Of a DNA stretch of 64,000 bases, positions 51,668 to 61,235 are shown one piece after another. Where the stretch lies: assembly GCA_036278915.1 (NCBI GenBank), contig DASUKB010000001.1, positions 237,186 to 301,185 on the forward strand, in the 5' to 3' direction. The stretch comes from Patescibacteria group bacterium (GTDB lineage Bacteria > Patescibacteriota > Doudnabacteria > UBA920 > O2-02-FULL-48-8). The position numbers and the translations under genes were made by a program. Position 1 is the stretch's first letter; each line of letters begins with the position of its first letter. A model generated the notes under the pieces. The model saw only the letters and a list, made by a program, of their open reading frames with translations. It did no database searches and was not told the DNA's origin.

Positions 51668-52096
51668 ATGTCAAAAGGCAGAAAAATTTCATTTATAATA
51701 ATCGTAATCCTGGCAGTAGCCTGCTGCGTGCTTTGGGTTGTGGAGAGCAATCGGTCCAAAACGTCACCAAATACGCAGCAGCCAACCAGCATGCTGGATT
51801 TGGCCAAGACCACGCCTATAAGCACATATCATATTTCCGGTGTAGTTACCGCTATTTCAGGTAACAATATCAACTTTGATGCAACTCTTATAAAAGACCA
51901 ACGGCCAGTGGTTTACCATATCACTGCGGTCGTGAGCGATTCCACGCCGATTTCTTTGAATAACGTTGCATTCGGCCTGCCCAACAAAGCGACCCTTAAA
52001 TCCATCAAAGTCGGCCAAACTTTGGACTTTTCCACTGATAAATACCCATACGACCAGACACAAATCCAACCAACCGAAATACAGATCGTACAGTAA
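51668..52096 (+). CDS. hypothetical secreted small beta-rich protein, paralog B
   Basis: N-terminal TM; similar domain pattern to the upstream gene. Confidence 0.4.
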   Translation: MSKGRKISFIIIVILAVACCVLWVVESNRSKTSPNTQQPTSMLDLAKTTPISTYHISGVVTAISGNNINFDATLIKDQRPVVYHITAVVSDSTPISLNNVAFGLPNKATLKSIKVGQTLDFSTDKYPYDQTQIQPTEIQIVQ

Positions 52097-52213
52097 AACC
52101 ATCTGACTTTCGTTTGTTTGTACATTGACAAAACCCTACTGAAATGGTAGTTTGCGCTTAGCGAAAGCAAGAGACGCCCGCGAGGGCTTACGTTTTTGAA
52201 GGAGGATAGGGCT

Positions 52214-52711
52214 ATGTGTTTTTGGGTTTCGTCGTTTTTGCGTCGTTGCCTTTTGGCACTGGCCCTTTGCGGGCTTGCTGCCTGTGGAGCAGGGAGCTCA
52301 CCGAATTCTCCCACCGAAACTCCGAATCTGAACGTCAGCTACAACCTGACGCTCAACTACAAGCGGACATCGCTTGGGCCATTTGCTGCCAAGTGGTTTT
52401 CGACGTTACCAGTTGGGTTGATCAATTTACCGGCACCGGCACAACCACTACTCTGTTCAGGTATGGTGCTGTTGGACCAGAGTGCGAACAACCTGAATAC
52501 GTACGGGAAGTGTACGTTTGCAGGGATCCACCCCGGGGAGTATAAAATCTCGGTTGGTGACGGTGCGCGAGGAGATGTGGCAGAAGGCAGTGCCATAGTG
52601 GGTACTTTGATTTGGGTCAATGGAACCCAACTCACAAACACCTCTATGGGGGATATCGGCGACCAATACGCGCACTTTCATTTGAACAACGATGGAACCA
52701 TCGCCCCCTAA
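52214..52711 (+). CDS. putative lipoprotein; GC-rich cassette
   Basis: Lipobox LAACGAGSS; about 54% GC; own TTGACA-17-TAGTTT promoter and T9 terminator. Confidence 0.5.
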   Translation: MCFWVSSFLRRCLLALALCGLAACGAGSSPNSPTETPNLNVSYNLTLNYKRTSLGPFAAKWFSTLPVGLINLPAPAQPLLCSGMVLLDQSANNLNTYGKCTFAGIHPGEYKISVGDGARGDVAEGSAIVGTLIWVNGTQLTNTSMGDIGDQYAHFHLNNDGTIAP

Positions 52712-52815
52712 CTTTTCGGGCTGGTCAAGGATTTTCGTCCTGGCCAGCCTTGCTTTTTTTTTAGAAATATTTTATTATTTTTACAGCAACTGCTTAAGTT
52801 ATAAGAAACCAAAAA

Positions 52816-55800
52816 ATGCGTCTGAATTACAAGTTAGTAGTAAAAATTCTCTCTCTAGCCATTTTTACGTTTGTTCTATTTCCCAAAGGACACGCACAGG
52901 CTCTGGATACTTCGGGTATTAGTATTAGTCCGGCGGAACAATCTGCAGGACCCGGAAGCGTGCAGGTTTCTGGAACATTTAAAGGTAGCGTAGAAACAGA
53001 TCATTGCACAGGCGCAGGTATCGGCAACGTGGTAACTCGTGGCATAGCCTTGGTCGTAGATACTCTAAGTTACGAAGTTTACGGTCCTTCCGGAGACACC
53101 GGTATTGGGGGAAATTTATCAGATAGAGAGATTTCGCCAGGCGAAACTGTTTATTGCGGCACGGGCGAAAGTGAAGATGGCGCATGGAGTCCGAGGATTT
53201 ATCAACTGACCTCATTTAATATCAACACTAGCTCATTGGGAGCTGGAACTTACCAGGTCAAGTTCTCGGATCACGAAGTAGATGATGGCAGCTGTGTTAA
53301 CTATTTCCCAGGAGCCGGAGCCCCATGTCCACCAGACCCCGAAGATCATACTGTTGTAGCGGGTTCTTTTACGATTCTTTCTGGAAGTACTATCCGGGTT
53401 TGGTCAAACCGTGCTACTGGATTTGTTGTCACAGGTCCTGCAAATTTTAGCGGCAATATTTCAGCAGGGGCAACTTTATCCTACACAGAACCATCTGGCA
53501 ACGGATATTTTATCCAACCCGATACCTTAAGCGGCTACACTTATGCTGTTACACCCGCAAATCCCCGAGATTTGCCTTTTGGAGGTACCATAGAATTTGA
53601 TATCACATACACCTCAACCGGAGGTGGCGGTAGTGTGTCCGCTGACATCAAAGCCAACGGGTCTAATGGGCCAATAAGTATATCCTCCGGTTCGTCAGCT
53701 ACAATCTCCTGGACTTCTTCTGGAGCAACTTCGTGCTCGGTCGTCCCCACTGGTTGGACTGGGACATCAAACGCAGGCATTTCTACTGGCGCGCTTACTT
53801 CTGCGCAAACTTACACGCTTAATTGCACCAATGGTTCGGATACAGATAGCGATCAGGTTACTGTAAATATTTCCGGCGGGGGAGGAGGTGGTGGATGTAC
53901 TGGCGACTGCTTTACCAACATTTCGCAAAAAATAAATAACGTCACTGTAAGCAACGGCAATAGCGTGGGTAGCGGCGTAACGTTGTCTCCATCCACTACC
54001 TACTCGGCAAGTGTGACACTGCAAAATAGCGGTACGACTACCTGGTCTACCACATCTGGTGTAGAAGGAGCGTACAAACTTGGGACTCAAAATGCTGAGG
54101 ATAATAATACTTTTGGCCTGCAGCGCGTAACCGTGCCTTCCAACACCGCTCCCGGACAGACTGCGACGTTTAATTTCAGCATTACCACGCCGGCCAGTGG
54201 CGGTCCGTATAATTTTGAATGGTCCATGGTGGGCCAAGATAATTGGTTTTATCAAAACGCTCAAGCTGGAAACGACCGCTACACTCCGAACATTCCGGTG
54301 ACTCTGTCCGCTGCCGCGCCGCCGATTTACCCAACCGTGGATTCTGTGACTATAAGTTCATCCAGCGTAAAAGCGGACAACACTACTCCATATACGATTA
54401 CCATAAAAAGCACATATACAGGCTCGGGCGGAGCAGCCAGTATTACAGACTCTTATGTGTTGATTAATTTCGCAGGTCCAAATGGTGGAACTTATAGAGG
54501 ATTTATGGACTGGTCTTCTGTCAATGACTTTTTCGCAGGCGATAAAGATATGAAAACCTGCTCGGGACTTGGTAAGGCAGGCATACGCACGGGAGGCTGG
54601 GGAGAAGGATATATCCATCTAGATTCTTGTACTTCCTCAAATTCCGGCAACACGCAGACTACCAGCTACTCGGTAAGGTTTGATCCAACGTTTACAGCTC
54701 CGACGACGAGCAACCACCTCGCAGGCTATGCAATAGTTACTTCGTCTGTATTTAGCGGGTGGGTGGATTTCCCAGGATTTGATTTGACAGCAGCCGCGTC
54801 CGGAACAATTTTTGTGAATTCAAATGAACCCACTTACTGGAGCATTACGGGCGGCAGTGGACCGTACAACCAGCAATCTCCAAGCCCCAAATCTACCAGC
54901 GCTACTTATGACTCCACAACCACAGGCAGCGCAGTCTCGCCCGGCAGTTATACTATGAATCCGTCTGCTCTCGCGGGCTTTGGCGGACCACTTATAACCA
55001 ATGCCGGCAACTCCGCGGATGGCACCACCCAGAACCTGACTGCCAGTTCCAGCATTACTTTTAACCTGACGTACTTGAGCACGCCTACGGGTTTGGATCT
55101 GGACACTACAACCCAGTGCGGACAGGTGATTGCTACTTGGAATGACACATCAGACAATGAAACGGGATTCAAAATATATCGCACAGCTGCAGATGCGGGC
55201 AAAGGCGGACCGTATTCCTTGCTAGCCACAAAGGCAGCTGATACCCAGGAGTATACGGATACTACTGCCAGCGCAGGACATACTTACTGGTACTATGTGC
55301 AAGCATATGTAACTATAGGCGGACAGACATTGACCACCAATACTCCAGCCAAAAGCGCCTTTGTCTTGAAGTGCCAAGCAAATATTGATAATTCTCAGAA
55401 AACTATCACGAAAGTCAACGGTGCCAATTATGATGCATCTGTTGGCATTCATGATGGGGACCGGGTGACCTTCCAGATCACCATCTCAAATAGCAACACT
55501 GCAACAGACAACGCAATTATCAATAATATAAATGATGTGCTTACAGATAACTACGCAAAACCAACGAGCTGTACTAATGGCGGCGACGCTGGCAATTGGT
55601 GCGCACAGGTGAACAAAGGCAGCGGATTTGTAAATACTACAGTTACGGGATCTGTGCCAAACATCACAATTGATGTATCGGGGGCACTACCTCCAGGCAA
55701 AAATTGGGTCGTCCAATATGACTCCATGGCATCCGTGCCGGAAGGCGCTACGGATCTGTTCAAAAACGTCGCCACAATTAACTGTACGTCCCAGACCTCT

Positions 55801-55890
55801 GGCGAGGACTGCAGCACAACCAAAGATTTCTCATTCATAGACATCAACAGCGGCGCAAACCCGCCACAATTCCGAGAAGTGGCACCGTAA
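52816..55890 (+). CDS. large secreted surface protein with Ig-like and fibronectin-III-like repeats
   Basis: Signal peptide; Ser/Thr/Gly-rich beta repeats; FN3 signature TGFKIYRTA...YWYYVQAYV. Confidence 0.7.
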   Translation: MRLNYKLVVKILSLAIFTFVLFPKGHAQALDTSGISISPAEQSAGPGSVQVSGTFKGSVETDHCTGAGIGNVVTRGIALVVDTLSYEVYGPSGDTGIGGNLSDREISPGETVYCGTGESEDGAWSPRIYQLTSFNINTSSLGAGTYQVKFSDHEVDDGSCVNYFPGAGAPCPPDPEDHTVVAGSFTILSGSTIRVWSNRATGFVVTGPANFSGNISAGATLSYTEPSGNGYFIQPDTLSGYTYAVTPANPRDLPFGGTIEFDITYTSTGGGGSVSADIKANGSNGPISISSGSSATISWTSSGATSCSVVPTGWTGTSNAGISTGALTSAQTYTLNCTNGSDTDSDQVTVNISGGGGGGGCTGDCFTNISQKINNVTVSNGNSVGSGVTLSPSTTYSASVTLQNSGTTTWSTTSGVEGAYKLGTQNAEDNNTFGLQRVTVPSNTAPGQTATFNFSITTPASGGPYNFEWSMVGQDNWFYQNAQAGNDRYTPNIPVTLSAAAPPIYPTVDSVTISSSSVKADNTTPYTITIKSTYTGSGGAASITDSYVLINFAGPNGGTYRGFMDWSSVNDFFAGDKDMKTCSGLGKAGIRTGGWGEGYIHLDSCTSSNSGNTQTTSYSVRFDPTFTAPTTSNHLAGYAIVTSSVFSGWVDFPGFDLTAAASGTIFVNSNEPTYWSITGGSGPYNQQSPSPKSTSATYDSTTTGSAVSPGSYTMNPSALAGFGGPLITNAGNSADGTTQNLTASSSITFNLTYLSTPTGLDLDTTTQCGQVIATWNDTSDNETGFKIYRTAADAGKGGPYSLLATKAADTQEYTDTTASAGHTYWYYVQAYVTIGGQTLTTNTPAKSAFVLKCQANIDNSQKTITKVNGANYDASVGIHDGDRVTFQITISNSNTATDNAIINNINDVLTDNYAKPTSCTNGGDAGNWCAQVNKGSGFVNTTVTGSVPNITIDVSGALPPGKNWVVQYDSMASVPEGATDLFKNVATINCTSQTSGEDCSTTKDFSFIDINSGANPPQFREVAP

Positions 55891-56009
55891 ACAGTTGGTA
55901 GTTATCAGGTGGTAGTAGGTAGATTTGGAATTTGACGCTTTGTAGGTATTTGTGTATAATGTTTGCAATATTAAAAGCCCCGAAAAGGGCTTTTAAAAAA
56001 GGAAAAATT

Positions 56010-56198
56010 ATGGTTAACCCAATTCAATTTGTTAAAGAAGCCAAAAACGAACTTATGAAAGTCGTGTGGCCATCCCGCCGCGAGACAATCAACATTACTA
56101 TTGGCGTTATTATAATTTCTTTAATTATTGCAGCAATCCTGGGCGCGGCTGATTGGGGACTTACCAAGCTTATAGAATACGCAATCGCAAGGAAATAA
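56010..56198 (+). CDS. secE: preprotein translocase subunit SecE
   Basis: About 62 aa single-TM protein immediately upstream of nusG. Confidence 0.75.
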   Translation: MVNPIQFVKEAKNELMKVVWPSRRETINITIGVIIISLIIAAILGAADWGLTKLIEYAIARK

Positions 56199-56202
56199 CC
56201 TA

Positions 56203-56748
56203 ATGGCCAGACAACAAGTTACCGGACAAAAACATTGGTACGTATTGCACACCTACTCTGGGTATGAGGATAGTGTGGCTTTTAACTTACAGCAACGCAT
56301 AGATTCCATGGGTATGGAAGATAAAATCTTCGCAGTGCTGGTGCCAAAGGAAAAGAAGATCAAGATCAAGGACGGCAAACGCGTGACCGTGGAGGAGAAA
56401 ATTTTCCCAGGCTACGTGTTGGTGGAGATGATCGTCACCGACGATTCCTGGTACGTGGTGCGCAACACGCCCAACGTCACAGGGTTTGTGGGATCCGGCA
56501 CCATACCGACGCCTATCTCCGAAGCCGAAATACAATTTTTGCAGAAGCGCATGGGCGTGGAAGAACCCAAGTATAAAATTGATGTCCGCGCAGGCGACCT
56601 GGTGCGCATTATGGACGGACCGTTTAAAGATTACGAAGGCAAGGTTTCCGAAACAGACGACGAGAAGGGCAAGGTCAAAGTGCTCGTGTCTATCTTTGGC
56701 CGCGAAACGCCGTTGGAACTGGATTTCTTGCAGATCAAAAAAATCTAA
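56203..56748 (+). CDS. nusG: transcription termination/antitermination factor NusG
   Basis: NGN domain WYVLHTYSGYE and KOW motif GDLVRIMDGPFKDYEGKV. Confidence 0.95.
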   Translation: MARQQVTGQKHWYVLHTYSGYEDSVAFNLQQRIDSMGMEDKIFAVLVPKEKKIKIKDGKRVTVEEKIFPGYVLVEMIVTDDSWYVVRNTPNVTGFVGSGTIPTPISEAEIQFLQKRMGVEEPKYKIDVRAGDLVRIMDGPFKDYEGKVSETDDEKGKVKVLVSIFGRETPLELDFLQIKKI

Positions 56749-56751
56749 CTT

Positions 56752-57501
56752 ATGACCTGGATTATTTATTTAATTATCATATTCGTAGCTTTGGGACTGC
56801 GCACTGTACAACAATATCAGACGGGAGTCGTGTTCCGCTTGGGCAAAGTCGTGGGTACCAAAGGCCCAGGACTTACCTGGATAATTCCGATATTGGACAC
56901 CATGCGCAAGGTGGATATGCGCACCATAACATTGCCGGTACAGCCGCAGAAGATTATAACCAAAGATAATGTCTCAGTGGATGTGTCCGTGGTGGCCTAC
57001 TACAAAGCCGTAGACGCGGTGAAATCCATAATCGCCATTGAGAATGTTATGAACGCCATCAACCAGATTGCTCAAACTACTGTCCGCAACATCGTCGGGA
57101 GATTCCAGCTTGATGAAATTTTGTCTGAACGCGATTCTATAAACACCGAAATCAGAAACGTACTGGATGCGCACACAGAACCCTGGGGCGTGGTAGTGTC
57201 TGTGGTGGAGATAAAAGATATAGAACTTCCGGAAAATATGCAGCGCGCCATGGCCAAGCAAGCTGAAGCCGAGCGCGAAAAGCGAGCCAAAATTATCGCT
57301 GCCGAAGGAGAGCTCGCCGCGGCCGAAAAGCTGGCACTTACTGCAGATATAATGTCCGAGCATCCAATTGCCTTGCAGTTGCGCAATTTACAAACAATGG
57401 CAGAAATTTCGGTTGAAAAAAACTCCACGATTATATTTCCGGCTCAATTTATGAGCACAGTGCAAGATATAAAGAAATTTATGGAAGGGGAACAGAAATA
57501 A
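56752..57501 (+). CDS. SPFH/band-7 (stomatin/prohibitin-like) membrane protein
   Basis: N-terminal TM plus SPFH core and an Ala/Glu-rich coiled coil. Confidence 0.85.
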   Translation: MTWIIYLIIIFVALGLRTVQQYQTGVVFRLGKVVGTKGPGLTWIIPILDTMRKVDMRTITLPVQPQKIITKDNVSVDVSVVAYYKAVDAVKSIIAIENVMNAINQIAQTTVRNIVGRFQLDEILSERDSINTEIRNVLDAHTEPWGVVVSVVEIKDIELPENMQRAMAKQAEAEREKRAKIIAAEGELAAAEKLALTADIMSEHPIALQLRNLQTMAEISVEKNSTIIFPAQFMSTVQDIKKFMEGEQK

Positions 57502-57571
57502 GTTGTAAGTTGAAAGATTTAAGTTTTCCAAAGCTTCTGCTTAAATCTTACAACTCAAGAAAGGATTAAAT

Positions 57572-57994
57572 ATGGCGAAGAAAATTAAGACAATAGTAAA
57601 GATTCAGCTTCCAGCCGGCAAGGCAACCCCAGCGCCTCCAGTAGGCACAGTGCTTGGCCCGCATGGCTTAAATTTGGCGCAGTTGGTAAAAGAGTTCAAC
57701 GACAGAACCGCGCCGATGGGCGACACCATCGTTCCTGCAGAAATTACGATCTATGAGGACCGCACATACAGTTTCGTGCTCAAAACTCCTCCGGCTTCGG
57801 TGCTTATACGCAAAGCAGCGGGGCTTGAGAAAGGTTCCGGCAATCCCTTGATGAACAAAGTCGGCACAATTTCCAAAGCGCAACTTCGCGAAATTGCCGA
57901 GCAGAAAATGCCGGACTTAAACGCCAACGATCTGGAAGCCGCGGAAAAAATCGTAGCCGGCACCGCAAGATCTATGGGAGTAGAAGTTAAATAA
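57572..57994 (+). CDS. rplK: 50S ribosomal protein L11
   Basis: [13 protein letters not shown] motif. Confidence 0.97.
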   Translation: MAKKIKTIVKIQLPAGKATPAPPVGTVLGPHGLNLAQLVKEFNDRTAPMGDTIVPAEITIYEDRTYSFVLKTPPASVLIRKAAGLEKGSGNPLMNKVGTISKAQLREIAEQKMPDLNANDLEAAEKIVAGTARSMGVEVK

Positions 57995-58098
57995 AAAAGT
58001 TAAAATAAAAAGCGTAAAATGCTTTGCACTTTTTATTTTGCATTTTAAATTAATTGTGGGAGCTCGAATGAGCGTTATTACCACAGAAGGAATTTTTT

Positions 58099-58773
58099 AT
58101 GGGTAAACGATTAGTAAATAGTAAAAAAGAAATTGATAGCACGAAGTCTTACGCGCCAACCGAGGCTATAGAATTGGCCAAAAAAACCGCAACCACCAAG
58201 TTTGTGGGAAACATCGAAGCGCATGTGCGGCTTGGGATTGATTCCAAAAAAAGCGACCAGACCGTGCGCACTACGGTAAAGTTTCCGAACTCGACCGGCA
58301 AAACCAAACGCATAATTGCGTTTGTAACTGAAGCCAAAGAAAAAGAAGCCAAGGAAGCGGGCGCTGTTATAGTGGGCGGCGAAGATCTTATAAAAAAGAT
58401 TAAAGAAACGGAAAAACTGGACTTTGATATCGCAGTTGCGGAACCGTCTATAATGGCCAAACTTGCCCAAATTGCCAAAATTTTGGGTCCGCGAGGACTT
58501 ATGCCAAACCCCAAGACTGGCACAGTGACTGCCGATATAGGCAAGGCTATTAAAGAGTACGCCGCGGGCAAAACTGAATTCAAAAATGACGAATCTGGCA
58601 ACGTGCACATCACCCTGGGCAAAAGCAATTTGGAGACGAAAGCCTTAGCGGACAATTTTCAAACATTTATGGATGCGCTAAACGCAGCCCGGCCAGGTGC
58701 ACTCAAAAAAGAATTCATAAACAGCATCACCATCCACTCCACTATGGGCCCCGGAATCAGAGTCAAAGTCTAA
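58099..58773 (+). CDS. rplA: 50S ribosomal protein L1
   Basis: Full-length L1 conservation. Confidence 0.97.
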   Translation: MGKRLVNSKKEIDSTKSYAPTEAIELAKKTATTKFVGNIEAHVRLGIDSKKSDQTVRTTVKFPNSTGKTKRIIAFVTEAKEKEAKEAGAVIVGGEDLIKKIKETEKLDFDIAVAEPSIMAKLAQIAKILGPRGLMPNPKTGTVTADIGKAIKEYAAGKTEFKNDESGNVHITLGKSNLETKALADNFQTFMDALNAARPGALKKEFINSITIHSTMGPGIRVKV

Positions 58774-58802
58774 CGAATCTTTCGGATCCTCCAGAAGGAC
58801 TA

Positions 58803-58832
58803 AATAAACCGCTTAGATGGCGGTTTATTTTA
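58803..58832 (+). terminator. intrinsic terminator after rplA
   Basis: aaataaaccgcTTAGATggcggtttatttt. Confidence 0.75.
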
Positions 58833-58862
58833 TTGACAAGCGGCAGCAAATAAGCTATAATG
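58833..58862 (+). promoter_or_regulatory. consensus sigma70-type promoter TTGACA-N17-TATAAT driving the GC-rich cassette
   Basis: ttgacaagcggcagcaaataagctataat. Confidence 0.6.
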
Positions 58863-58890
58863 TCCAAACAGTTTTGTCAGGAGGAGACAA

Positions 58891-59412
58891 ATGAAGAAGT
58901 TTCTCGGCGTGTTGATTGTCGTGCTCTTTGCCGTCCCCACGCAAGTGTCTGCGGCCCAGTTCGGAGTTTTCAAGAAACTTGGCACCAAGATCAAGAACGC
59001 GGTGCCGCTCGAACTCAAGCATAAGAACTCCGCTACCAGCGACTCGGCGAACCAGCAGCAGGCGGCGCCGGCAGCACCGCAGAACGTGCATGTGGTAACC
59101 GCCGCACAGGCCCAGTCCGCGGCAGTCTCGGAGGAACCCGATGCCGCGAAGATCGACTGGAAAGATGTCCAGGTGGTGCAGAGTGCGGACATCAAGGACT
59201 GCAAGCGCCTGGGTCTCATGCATTTCGCGGGCGACTCGTTCTTTCGAACGTCCGGCAGCACCACGCGGGCAGTGCTCCAGAAGATCCAGAAAGGCGTGGC
59301 GAAGAAGGGCGGCGACACATTCGTGTTGCTGGGAGCTCTTACGACCACAAACTTCGGGAAAGGCCAGAACATCGCCGCCGATGGAAATGCCTACTACTGC
59401 GGCGCCAAGTAA
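58891..59412 (+). CDS. hypothetical secreted protein; GC-rich cassette, C-terminal region loosely DUF1471/BhsA-like
   Basis: Signal peptide AVPTQVSAAQ; about 58% GC; own promoter, SD and terminator. Confidence 0.5.
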   Translation: MKKFLGVLIVVLFAVPTQVSAAQFGVFKKLGTKIKNAVPLELKHKNSATSDSANQQQAAPAAPQNVHVVTAAQAQSAAVSEEPDAAKIDWKDVQVVQSADIKDCKRLGLMHFAGDSFFRTSGSTTRAVLQKIQKGVAKKGGDTFVLLGALTTTNFGKGQNIAADGNAYYCGAK

Positions 59413-59426
59413 GGCGCCACACACAG

Positions 59427-59466
59427 GGTTGACCAAGTGAAAACTTGGTCAACCCTCTTTTTTATT
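59427..59466 (+). terminator. intrinsic terminator
   Basis: agggttgaccaagtGAAAacttggtcaaccct plus T6. Confidence 0.8.
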
Positions 59467-59538
59467 TACTAAACTTTAACCCAAGTTTTAAAAAAGCTGA
59501 AAATCTGGTATTATGCCAGTGAATTAATTGCAAACTAA

Positions 59539-60096
59539 ATGATATTATCGGATACAGACATAAAGAAAGCCCTTACAAACAAACAGATTAAAATTTCTCC
59601 GATGCCGGACTTGAAGGTTGCGCTCGGCACGGTGTCAGTGGATCTGAAGCTAGGACATGATTTTTTGGTTTACCGTACAACTTCACGGCCTTATATTGAT
59701 GTCGCCGACAAAGAATCGTTCGACCTCTTGACCGAAAAAGTTAGTAAGAAAAAGGGAGAGTCATTTGTACTTCATCCAAGAGATTTTGTGCTCGGAGCCA
59801 CTTTGGAAAATATAGAGCTGCCAGACACCCTTGCTGGCAGACTGGAAGGCAAATCTTCTCTGGGACGCTTAGGTTTGGTAATCCATTCTACGGCGGGCAA
59901 AGTTGACCCGGGATTTAAAGGTAAACTTGTCTTGGAAATTACAAATATAGGGACTGTGCCGATTATGCTCTATCCCGAGATGCGTATTTGCCAGCTGCTT
60001 TTTGAGCAATTAAGTTCCCCAACATCGCAGGCTTACACTGATCGCAAAAGTTCTAAGTACAAATTCCAAAAAGGCGCCACGAGCAGTAAATTTTAA
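59539..60096 (+). CDS. dcd: dCTP deaminase
   Basis: MILSDTDIKKAL N-terminus and dUTPase-like fold motifs. Confidence 0.9.
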   Translation: MILSDTDIKKALTNKQIKISPMPDLKVALGTVSVDLKLGHDFLVYRTTSRPYIDVADKESFDLLTEKVSKKKGESFVLHPRDFVLGATLENIELPDTLAGRLEGKSSLGRLGLVIHSTAGKVDPGFKGKLVLEITNIGTVPIMLYPEMRICQLLFEQLSSPTSQAYTDRKSSKYKFQKGATSSKF

Positions 60097-60099
60097 ATT

Positions 60100-60774
60100 A
60101 TGAATCAATACGAAGTTGAAATTAAATCTCTGTTGGGGGCAAAGGAGAATGCCGATGCGCTCATTGGAAAGCTGAAGCAAGATCCGACTTTCCAGTCTTT
60201 TGGCGAGCACAAACAGCTCAATCACTACTTTATTGGTGGAGATATCGCCAAAGCTGTTGAACTAATTAAATCGCATATCAAAGACCAGTCAGTCAGCGGT
60301 GAACTGCATGAACTCGTCAGCAAAATCAAGGATTACTCCATGCGTACTCGCTGGGCAGACGGTAGGGTCATCTTTGTAATTAAAGGTTCTGTAGATGACA
60401 CGACATCCAGCAACGGCACTGCCCGCAGGGAATTTGAGGCAGAAACGGATAGCACTTTGGAAGAGCTGGACAAAATGATTCTCGATGCGGGCTTTAAATA
60501 TCAATCCAAATGGTCACGGCAACGCCAGGAATTTAAATACAAAGGTTTAAATGTCACGGTAGACAAAAACGCCGGTTACGGTTATCTGAGTGAATTTGAA
60601 AAAATAATTGAGGACCCAAGCCTGGCGGAGCAGACCAAAGATGAAATCCGAGCGGTAATGGCAGAAATCGGAGTTGCCGAGCTTGTGCAGGACCGCCTGG
60701 CGCGCATGTTTGATTTTTACAATGCCCATTGGGATGAGTATTACGGGACTGAAAAAGTGTTTAACATTGAATAA
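60100..60774 (+). CDS. CYTH-domain (triphosphate tunnel metalloenzyme) protein
   Basis: N-terminal EVEIK (ExExK) signature. Confidence 0.65.
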   Translation: MNQYEVEIKSLLGAKENADALIGKLKQDPTFQSFGEHKQLNHYFIGGDIAKAVELIKSHIKDQSVSGELHELVSKIKDYSMRTRWADGRVIFVIKGSVDDTTSSNGTARREFEAETDSTLEELDKMILDAGFKYQSKWSRQRQEFKYKGLNVTVDKNAGYGYLSEFEKIIEDPSLAEQTKDEIRAVMAEIGVAELVQDRLARMFDFYNAHWDEYYGTEKVFNIE

Positions 60775-61235
60775 TGTACAATCACGAACCAGAAAATTAC
60801 ATGTGTCCTTTTTGCCTGTACGTGGCCGATCCCAAGCTTAAGTATATGGTATATCGTGACGACTATGTCTCTGCGTTTATTTCATCCGCGATGTGGCCGC
60901 ACAATCCTGGCATTGTAATAATTGTCCCGAACAAGCACATAGAAAATATATACGATATGCCAGATGGCCTGCTTGCTGAAATCCATATTCTGGCAAAGAA
61001 GATTGCGCTCGCCATGAAAACTGCATACAAATGTCATGGTGTTAGCACACGCCAGCACAACGAACCTGCCGGCAACCAGGAGGTACTGCACTTTCATTTT
61101 CAAGTCGTACCGCGATACAACGACGATAACTTATACATCAATCACAAAAAGAAAAGCAATATCCCAGAAAAGGAACGCGAACGTTTGGCAAAGATAATTA
61201 AGGAAAACTTGGCTCATGCAAACAAAACATCCTGA
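60774..61235 (+). CDS. HIT-family nucleotide hydrolase/transferase
   Basis: Histidine triad HFHFQV; Cys-containing N-terminus. Confidence 0.8.
   Translation: MYNHEPENYMCPFCLYVADPKLKYMVYRDDYVSAFISSAMWPHNPGIVIIVPNKHIENIYDMPDGLLAEIHILAKKIALAMKTAYKCHGVSTRQHNEPAGNQEVLHFHFQVVPRYNDDNLYINHKKKSNIPEKERERLAKIIKENLAHANKTS

Noticed and set aside
58111-58655. Two about 165-aa minus-strand ORFs
   Set aside because: Both are antisense within rplA.
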